Assembly: GCA_039190745.1 (NCBI GenBank)
Contig: JBCCXZ010000094.1
Span: 1-11,096 of the forward strand
Direction: 5' to 3'
From: Planctomycetota bacterium
Lineage (GTDB): Bacteria; Planctomycetota; Planctomycetia; Pirellulales; Lacipirellulaceae
DNA: 11,096 bases
This document shows, piece by piece, positions 1 through 6,535 of this stretch. The notes under the pieces were generated by a model. That model had not been told where the DNA came from, did not search any database, and worked only from the letters and a program-made list of their open reading frames with translations. The translations under genes were made by a program, and so were the position numbers. How positions within the stretch are numbered: position 1 is the first letter of the stretch; each line of letters begins with the position of its first letter.

Positions 1-603
1 CGCGGCGGCGTAGAGTTCGCCGACTGCGGACCAGTTGATCACGTCGAAGAACGCTCCGATATAGTCGGGACGGCGGTTTTGGTACTTCAGGTAGTAAGCG
101 TGTTCCCAGACATCCAGTCCCAGGATCGGCGTACGCCCCTCCATCCACGGGTTGTCCTGGTTCGGTGTGCTCTCGACAAGCAGCTTTCCGTCGGCGCCGA
201 CGCTTAGCCACGCCCAACCGCTGCCGAACCGCGTCGCGGCAGCGTTGCTGAACGCTTCCTTGAACTTCTCAAGCCCGCCCAGTTCGCCGTCAATGGCCGC
301 TGCTAGCTCGCCTTCAGGGGAAGTCGGCCCGCCGGGCGCCATGACGGTCCAGAAAAGGGAGTGATTGGCGTGACCACCGCCATTGTTCCGCACCGCGCCC
401 CGGATGTTCTCGGGAACCGAGTTGATGTTTCGACAAAGGTCCTCGATGGATTGCTCCGCTACGCCAGCTCCTTCGAGTGCCGCGTTGACTTTGGTCACGT
501 AGGCGTTGTGATGTTTGCCGTGGTGGATCTCCATAGTCTGTGCATCGATGGAGGGCTCGAGCGCGCCAAAGGCGTAGGGGAGGCTGGGGAGTTCGTAGGG
601 CAT
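1..603 (-). CDS. sodA: Superoxide dismutase, Mn-type signature (3' end truncated by the window edge)
   Basis: Manual translation from ATG at 603-601 gives [36 protein letters not shown]...[15 protein letters not shown]...RFGSGWAWL...STPNQDNP...[21 protein letters not shown]. Metal ligand motifs HHxKHH, NH and DVWEHAYY are present. GGGH and NQD are Mn-SOD signatures. An AAGGA Shine-Dalgarno lies upstream. There is no stop before position 1. Confidence 0.97.
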   Translation of the reverse strand, partial: MPYELPSLPYAFGALEPSIDAQTMEIHHGKHHNAYVTKVNAALEGAGVAEQSIEDLCRNINSVPENIRGAVRNNGGGHANHSLFWTVMAPGGPTSPEGELAAAIDGELGGLEKFKEAFSNAAATRFGSGWAWLSVGADGKLLVESTPNQDNPWMEGRTPILGLDVWEHAYYLKYQNRRPDYIGAFFDVINWSAVGELYAAA

Positions 604-693
604 ATCGCTATTCCTTATGCTTGGAGTGCCGAACGCATGGACCGCTGGGTCTTGGGAGTGCCGGCATCGCGCCCCACAGAGCGGGTGAGCGAA

Positions 694-713
694 CCGCGTC
701 GTCTGCGACGCGG
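694..713. other. Perfect 8-bp stem-loop CCGCGTCG-N4-CGACGCGG in the sodA upstream region
   Basis: Read directly: 694-701 pairs with 706-713 around a 4-nt loop. There is no real U-tract (TTCGCTC follows on the minus strand), so its function is uncertain. Confidence 0.5.
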
Positions 714-756
714 GATGGCCTCCTGATGGTCCCTAGCGGGGCCGGCGGCGTGTGCG

Positions 757-775
757 TGTATTCGCGCAGAATACA
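757..775. promoter_or_regulatory. Inverted repeat TGTATTC-N5-GAATACA, candidate operator
   Basis: Perfect AT-rich 7-5-7 dyad in GC-rich DNA, overlapping the predicted -10 box and +1 of sodA. Confidence 0.45.
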
Positions 776-796
776 GCAGCATCCGCCGGAGAGCAA
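768..796 (-). promoter_or_regulatory. Putative sigma70 promoter of sodA
   Basis: Minus strand reads TTGCTC (796-791), a 17-nt spacer, then TATTCT (773-768). It points toward sodA and implies a start site near 761. Confidence 0.55.
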
Positions 797-846
797 TTGC
801 CCCGGAAGACGTTGCGGCGGGCCGTGAGAGACGCCGGGTGGCCGGC

Positions 847-1116
847 TCAGGGGAGCGTGTCGGCAAGCATGGCCAGGACCTGCTCCTGGCGTGCCTGCAG
901 CTCACGCAGTTCAGCGGTGAGTGCGCCGAGCGAGGGCTTGTCTTCTTGGACGGCCACCGGCCCATCGTCCGAGTCGGCGGCCAGCGCCGCGTCCACCAGG
1001 CGTGGGGCCAGGCCAGGGTGGTCCAAGGCCTCGCGGGTTGACGCGCGGCTCGCGGTCACGTTGCCGTGACGAGAAGTCTCGCGACCTAACTTGGGTTCGA
1101 AGAGCTCGCTTCGCAT
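847..1116 (-). CDS. Small hypothetical protein (89 aa) with predicted C-terminal coiled coil
   Basis: ATG at 1116-1114 is preceded by AAGGAG at good spacing and sits 17 nt after the diguanylate cyclase stop. The C-terminus LGALTAELRELQARQEQVLAMLA has heptad periodicity. I prefer this start to the track's 1137. Confidence 0.7.
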   Translation of the reverse strand: MRSELFEPKLGRETSRHGNVTASRASTREALDHPGLAPRLVDAALAADSDDGPVAVQEDKPSLGALTAELRELQARQEQVLAMLADTLP

Positions 1117-1133
1117 CGGACGCTCCTTGGAGA

Positions 1134-3362
1134 TCAAGCTTCTGCGGGGGCAGCGGCTTCGGCCTTGAGTTCTTCCTGCGCGTCCTTCGCCATGAGATAG
1201 GCCTTGATGCTTTGCATAATGAGCCTGCCGCAGTTAGCGATCTCCGCGCTACGCCGAGATCGGTTCTTCAATGCCCTGATCTCGACGAGGATGCGGGAGT
1301 TGGGGTACTCGCCCGCGGCCAGCCCGATCCCGCTGGTGCGGGTCACGCGGATCTCCTTGAGCTGCATCTCCACGCCGAAGGTGATCGGCCGGACGTCGCT
1401 CGTGGAATGGAGCGAACTCGTAGAGACCTCCATGCGGACGGTGTTGTCCTTGATCGAAACAATCCTGGCCTTCTGGTCGGAAACAAAGCCCCGCAGTTTT
1501 TCCACAGCGATCTCGACGGGGACCGGAGAGATCAAGTCGGCCGACATCGAGTTCTTGGCCCGGGGCTTGAGGAACGACCACCAACGCTTCCCGCCTGCTT
1601 CCTCAGTCATGCCATTCCCCAACTGAACGACCTGATTCCTGCCCTGCTCTTTGGCCATCAACAAGGCCCTGTCTGAACGCCGCAGCATGGTCTCGGGTGT
1701 GTCGCCCGGCTGCACCTCGGTGACCCCAAAGCTCGCGGTGATCTGCTTGCCGCCCAGGCAGTCGTGTTCGATCTCGGACAGCCGAACCCGCATGTCTTCC
1801 GCTCGTCGGGCGGCGTCCGCGGTGCCGCAGTCCGCGCAGAGCACGGCGAATTCCTCGCCCCCGTACCTGGCGACCAAGTCTCCGGACCGGCAGTTCGCCT
1901 TCAGCAGTTTGGCGAGCGTGATGATCGCCTCGTCTCCGGCTTGGTGGCCGAAGGTGTCGTTGATCGACTTGAAGCGGTCGATGTCCGTCATGATCAAGCT
2001 GCAGGGCAGGCGAGACTGCTGGTGCGACTCGATAAACAAAGCCAGCATCCGGTCGAACTCGCCGCGATTGGCGACCTTCGTCATCGGGTCTTGCGTGACT
2101 TCGGTGTTCAGTTGGTCGCACTGCTGTTCGAGCGAGGCCAGTTGCTGCAGGTCTTCCAAGAGCAGCGTCGCCCCGAGCGGCGCCCCGTCCTTGCCCGGCA
2201 CTGGCGTGACCGTGAGCTGGATCTCCGTGTCATTGCCGGGACGTTCTCTAATGATGACCTTCTGCGACAGCCGCGAACCGCTCTCGATCGAGCGGCGCAG
2301 CGGGCAGGCGCTCTCAGTGATGGGGCGGCGGAGCTCGTTCTTCATCCCGAGCAACTCGGGCAGGAACGCCTTGCCAACCGCGGCGTCGCGGGGGATGCCC
2401 GTCAGCCGCTCCGCCCCGACGCTCCACATCGTGATCCGAGATTCGTTGTCGACAAAGACCACCCCGTCGCGGAGCGAATCAACCAGTACCTGGTCGAAGG
2501 GCGAGACGTCGCAGTCTTTGGGGGCTTCTTCAGGCAGGGCATTCGTGGCTGTCTGCCAAGGCAGAGTTTCGAGCCGCACCGCCATCTGGCCTAGCCAGTC
2601 GGAAGCCACCGTGCGGTAGAGCGATTCGTGGCCCTTGCTGTTGAGCTCCGTAAATTGCTTGACCAACGCGGGGTCGAACTGAGTTCCGGCGAACTCGAAG
2701 AGCTCCGCGAGTGCCCGCTCGCGGGGCCGAGCCGGGCGGTAGACCTGGTCGGTGACCATCGCGTCGAAGGCGTCCGCGATCGCGATCATCCGCGATTCCA
2801 GCGGGATGTCTTGACCCGCGAGGCTGCCCGGCTCTCCGTCGTAATGGTCTAGGCAATGCCGCACCGCTCTGAGCAAGCGTTCGGAACCACAGCACGCCGC
2901 GATGATCTGCACGCCGGCGGCCTGCTGGGCACGGACGAGCGACTTCTCTTCAGCGGTCAGGCGCCCCGGCTTCAGCAGTACGCGGTCCGGGACACCGATC
3001 TTCCCGATGTCGTGTAGCAGCGCTGCGAGTTCTAAGACATCCCGCGTTTCCGCGTCGAGTTCTGCGAATTGCGCCCACGCGCTGCAGCTGAGTGCAACGC
3101 GGCAGCAGTGTGCTGCGGTGTGCGGATGTTTGAAGTGGATCGCCGAGAACAGGGCCCCTCCCAGTCCCAGTCGGGCCTGCGCGATGCTGACCTCATGCCG
3201 CGATTGCTCAAGGGGCTCGCTGGCCGAGAGTCCGCTGGCTGACGCGGCCTGTTCGAGTGAACTCAGCAATGCGGGGACGCGCTGCGGGGTCGGCTCAGGG
3301 GTGGCGGGCGCAGAGTGATCCAACGCTCCAGTTGGCGCGTTGCTGGCAATGGCGTCGTCCAT
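1134..3362 (-). CDS. Diguanylate cyclase: degenerate HD-GYP, PAS, GGDEF and an unknown C-terminal domain (742 aa)
   Basis: HD-GYP-like motifs: LLHDIGKIGVPD.VLLKPGRLT.EE, IPLESRMIAIADAFDAM, AGTQFDP. PAS: DSLRDGVVFVDNESRITMWSVGAERLTG. GGDEF: DPMTKVANR, DIDRFKSINDTFGHQAGD, RSGDLVARYGGEEF, ITASFGV, AKEQGRNQV. Confidence 0.95.
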   Translation of the reverse strand: MDDAIASNAPTGALDHSAPATPEPTPQRVPALLSSLEQAASASGLSASEPLEQSRHEVSIAQARLGLGGALFSAIHFKHPHTAAHCCRVALSCSAWAQFAELDAETRDVLELAALLHDIGKIGVPDRVLLKPGRLTAEEKSLVRAQQAAGVQIIAACCGSERLLRAVRHCLDHYDGEPGSLAGQDIPLESRMIAIADAFDAMVTDQVYRPARPRERALAELFEFAGTQFDPALVKQFTELNSKGHESLYRTVASDWLGQMAVRLETLPWQTATNALPEEAPKDCDVSPFDQVLVDSLRDGVVFVDNESRITMWSVGAERLTGIPRDAAVGKAFLPELLGMKNELRRPITESACPLRRSIESGSRLSQKVIIRERPGNDTEIQLTVTPVPGKDGAPLGATLLLEDLQQLASLEQQCDQLNTEVTQDPMTKVANRGEFDRMLALFIESHQQSRLPCSLIMTDIDRFKSINDTFGHQAGDEAIITLAKLLKANCRSGDLVARYGGEEFAVLCADCGTADAARRAEDMRVRLSEIEHDCLGGKQITASFGVTEVQPGDTPETMLRRSDRALLMAKEQGRNQVVQLGNGMTEEAGGKRWWSFLKPRAKNSMSADLISPVPVEIAVEKLRGFVSDQKARIVSIKDNTVRMEVSTSSLHSTSDVRPITFGVEMQLKEIRVTRTSGIGLAAGEYPNSRILVEIRALKNRSRRSAEIANCGRLIMQSIKAYLMAKDAQEELKAEAAAPAEA

Positions 3363-3455
3363 CAGATCGCCTAGGGTTGTTGGTCGCTGCCGGTGTGGGC
3401 TGAGCGATGGAGGTCATGGCCCAGTCTGGTCCTGCAAAGGTAGGTTGCTCTGGCG

Positions 3456-3482
3456 TTATTGGCAGAGAACGCGGCGGCTTGA
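3456..3482 (-). promoter_or_regulatory. Putative sigma28 (FliA/WhiG-type) promoter of the diguanylate cyclase gene
   Basis: Minus strand TCAA (3482-3479), 15 nt, GCCAATAA (3463-3456), against the consensus TAAA-N15-GCCGATAA. One mismatch per box with exact spacing, about 95 nt upstream of the ATG. Confidence 0.55.
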
Positions 3483-3702
3483 ATCGCACCGCGGCCATGA
3501 AAGATGCGCAGAACCCCCATTTTCCGCGATTGGAACAACTGACTCCGAGTCGGGTTTGTGCAGGTTATGGCGGAAGGTATGCCGATCCCGGTTAGGCGGG
3601 CGGGTCTCGTGCCTCCCGCTAGCTTTGAGCGAAAGGCGGCGCTCTCGGCGTAACCAATGCGCATACCCGATGCACGTTGGCAGGCCCCTCCGGCGCCATG
3701 CC

Positions 3703-3725
3703 CAAAGCTCCAGTACTGGGCTTTG
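3703..3725. promoter_or_regulatory. Near-perfect palindrome CAAAGC-T-CCAGTACTGG-GCTTTG
   Basis: 22 nt of dyad symmetry with one bulged T (3709), ending 33 nt before the ATG at 3759. Confidence 0.4.
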
Positions 3726-3758
3726 TGAAGAGAACCCGGACCAAACGGCAGAGCCGCA

Positions 3759-4835
3759 ATGAACCGCAACGACGCACGTTTGGGGCGTAGAAGGCGCGTC
3801 CTTCAGGAAGAGATCCGAGTGGCGACCGAATCCGCGATGGCGATCCCCGCGCAGTCCGATCAGCAGATCGAGCCCGGAGACACGCCGCGTTACGGCGTGC
3901 GTGCGAACATCGAGAACCACCCTCAGGTGACCGACTTCGTGCCGAGAAGGTACCGTGTCATCGGGGCCTTTGTGGCTGTGCCTTTGGCAATCGGTGCGGT
4001 ATTCGAGTGGGGCCGTTATGAATCGGGTACGCTGGCCCAACTCCTCCAGATGCCGAAGCTCGAGCCCCAACTCAACTCGGTGTTTGCCAGACTGTCGGAC
4101 TGGACTTCCGCGGTCGTGATGCTCCTCGCTGCGGTGGCGGCGATTGTTGTGTTCTCGCTCCGTCGCTACCGGGTGGACGACTACCGCGGCCGCTACCGAA
4201 CCTGGCGGCTAGCGGCGCTGGTTAGTTTTCTTGCCAGCGCGAACGCTGTAGGAAAAGTCCACACTTTGGTAGCCGACGCGGGTTCCACAGCCCTGGGGCA
4301 GTCGTACCTGCCTGGGGGGGCGGGGTGGTGGCTCTTCCCGGCGACTCTGGCGGCCGGTTGGGTGCTGTTCCGCATCGCGTTCGACGCAGCCGAGTGCCGC
4401 TCGGCTTTTGCGGCCTTCGCATTATCCGGGGTCCTGCTCGCCGGCGCCGCCGCCTGCACCGTAGGTTGGGTCCCGTCCACAGCTTTGTTGGTTGAAGTGA
4501 GTGTCGCCGCGCCGATCCTCCTGCTAGGCGGCTACGTCATGGCGATGGCAGGGTGCCTCTTCTACGCCCGGTATGTGGTTTTGGACGTTCAAGGCCTCAT
4601 CGAGCACCAGTACGTGAATGTCTCAACGGCCACTACAGTAGAGCCAGAGGAGAACACTGCTTACCCGATCCAAACCGAGCCGATAGCGGCAAGGACGCCC
4701 AAGAACGAGGCCCCTTCGGCGTGGGTGGACGGCACAGAGCCCGAGGAGCAAGACTCCGGCTCGCGGCCGCGGAAGCTATCGAAAGCAGAGAAGCGTCGGC
4801 TGCGGAAGCGGCAGGCGAATCAACGGGCCGCGTAA
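3759..4835 (+). CDS. Hypothetical polytopic membrane protein (358 aa, roughly 7 TM helices)
   Basis: Long ORF filling the gap between divergent and downstream genes. It has multiple hydrophobic stretches, a charged loop RRYRVDDYRGRYRTW, and a basic tail RKLSKAEKRRLRKRQ. No family recognised. Confidence 0.85.
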   Translation: MNRNDARLGRRRRVLQEEIRVATESAMAIPAQSDQQIEPGDTPRYGVRANIENHPQVTDFVPRRYRVIGAFVAVPLAIGAVFEWGRYESGTLAQLLQMPKLEPQLNSVFARLSDWTSAVVMLLAAVAAIVVFSLRRYRVDDYRGRYRTWRLAALVSFLASANAVGKVHTLVADAGSTALGQSYLPGGAGWWLFPATLAAGWVLFRIAFDAAECRSAFAAFALSGVLLAGAAACTVGWVPSTALLVEVSVAAPILLLGGYVMAMAGCLFYARYVVLDVQGLIEHQYVNVSTATTVEPEENTAYPIQTEPIAARTPKNEAPSAWVDGTEPEEQDSGSRPRKLSKAEKRRLRKRQANQRAA

Positions 4836-4957
4836 CCTCTCATCGGGCTCCTCTCACCTGCAAGGCAACGGCTCTCCGGTAGACGACGGCCTTGCTGTCG
4901 CGGATATTGCGATACCGCAAAGCCGCCACATAGACCCGCCGAAGCCGATCCCCCAAG

Positions 4958-6535
4958 ATGACCATTCGTACCCGATTCGCCCCCAGCCCCACCGGCTACC
5001 TGCACATCGGCGGCGTCCGCACCGCGTTGTTCAACTGGCTCTTCACCCGGTCCCAGGGCGGCAGCTTCATCCTGCGTATCGACGACACCGACCAGCAACG
5101 GAATGTCGACGAAGCGCTTGCCCCGATCCTCCGCGGCTTCCGATGGTTGGGGATCGACTGGGACGAGGGGCCCGAGGTCGGAGGAGACGCGGGGCCGTAC
5201 TTCCAGTCGCAACGGTCTTCGCTTTACAGCGCCGCCGCGGAGCAACTGCTCGCTAGCGGGGCGGCCTACAGGGATTTCGCCAAACCGGAGGAGATCCAGC
5301 AAGAGCGAGAGGCCGCTCAGGCGGCCGGGGAGCCCTTCGTTTACAGCCGCAAGTGGGCGGCGGAAAACGAATCCGACAAGGCCCGTTTCCGTGCCGAAGG
5401 CCGTGAGTCTGTCGTCCGACTCAAGATGCCGCGGGAAGGCGAACTCGTCCTCGACGACATCATCCGCGGCGAGGTCCGGTTCCAGTGGGCCCGGGAGCAG
5501 GACCACGTGATCCAGCGGGCGGACGGCTCGTGCCTCTACCACCTCGCGTCGGTCGTCGACGACCACGAGATGCAGATCTCGCACGTCATCCGTGCCGAAG
5601 AACACCTCTCCAATACGCCGCGGCAAGTGTTTATCGCCCAGCAGCTGGGTTACCACTTGCCGCAGTTTGCTCATCTGCCGTACGTCGCGGAGCCGGGGAG
5701 CAAGAACAAGCTCAGCAAACGCAAACTCGAAAAGTACCTGAAGAACCGCGAATTCGCCGCACTACGCGACCACGGCCAGTCGGTCGCCGACCGCACAGGG
5801 CTGGAGACCTCGCCCGAGACCTTCAACCCGGTGATCGTGGACTTCTACGAGCAGACGGGGTTCCTCCCACACGCGGTCATCAACTACCTGCTGCTGCTCG
5901 GCTGGTCGTTGGACGACAAGACAGAGGACTTCACTCTCGAGGAGATGCTGCAGCACTTCTCGCTCGAGCGCGTCAACAAAGCGCCGGCTAGCTTCGACGC
6001 CCAGCGGCTGATGTCGTTCCAAGACCGGGCGATGCAACGACTGCCGATGAAGCAGAAAGTGGCTTTCGTCCTGGCGTTTTTGCAGAGCGCAGGCTTCGTG
6101 CCCGAGCCGCCGCCCTGCGAGACGGCGCCGTACCTCACCAAGATCCTGGAGGCGGCGGGCGACCGAGTAAAGATCGGCGGCGACATCCTCGACTACGCCG
6201 AGTTCTACCAACCCGACGAGGAGTTCTCGTACGACGAGAAGGCGTTCAACAAACGGCTGAAGAAGCCCGAGCGTGCAGCAGAGTTGCTTGGCGCCTACCG
6301 CGACGAGCTTTCCAAGGTTGAGTTGTTTTAGGCGGAGCCGCTCGATCAACAACTGCACGCGTTCGTTGAGCGACAGGGGATCAAGATCGGCGACATCATC
6401 CACGCCATCCGAGTGGCGGTCACCGGCAAGGCGGTCGGGTTCGGCGTGTTCGAGACGCTAGAGATACTCGGCCGCGACCGTTGCTTGGCGCGTATCGACC
6501 GGGCACTCAGCCTTGTAGCGACTGCCGATGGCTAG
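4958..6535 (+). CDS. gltX: Glutamate--tRNA ligase, interrupted by an in-frame TAG at 6329-6331 (codon 458 of 525 sense positions)
   Basis: [16 protein letters not shown] (HIGH), [52 protein letters not shown] (KMSKS). After the TAG the frame continues [67 protein letters not shown], the typical GluRS C-terminal anticodon-binding helical domain. Confidence 0.95.

Noticed and set aside
620..663. CIRCE element (GAGTGC half-sites)
   Set aside because: The copies are direct rather than inverted and do not fit TTAGCACTC-N9-GAGTGCTAA.
152..827. Plus-strand ORFs 152-364, 361-726 and 540-827
   Set aside because: They lie antisense to sodA and its leader, which explain the region.
3560..3588. Plus-strand sigma28 promoter (GCCGATCC at 3581-3588)
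   Set aside because: The -10 match is partial and there is no acceptable -35 box at the right spacing.
3295..4070. ORFs crossing the divergent intergenic region (3295-3498, 3340-3762, 3371-3769, 3407-3595, 3456-4070)
   Set aside because: They have no protein-like features and overlap real genes or promoter elements, so the region is better read as regulatory.
4836..4957. T-box leader or terminator before gltX (stems 4860-4866/4889-4895 and 4900-4918)
   Set aside because: The region is only 122 nt, has no T-box consensus and no U-tract, and such stems are common by chance at this GC content.
6329..6331. Genome-wide TAG reassignment (alternative genetic code)
   Set aside because: TAG appears to terminate genes normally at 6533-6535, 6534-6532 and 10614-10612, and no other gene in the window needs TAG readthrough.
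4958..6331. Calling the 457-aa ORF a GluQ-RS (YadB)-like truncated paralog
   Set aside because: It is much longer than GluQ-RS and the missing C-terminal domain is encoded intact in frame right after the stop.
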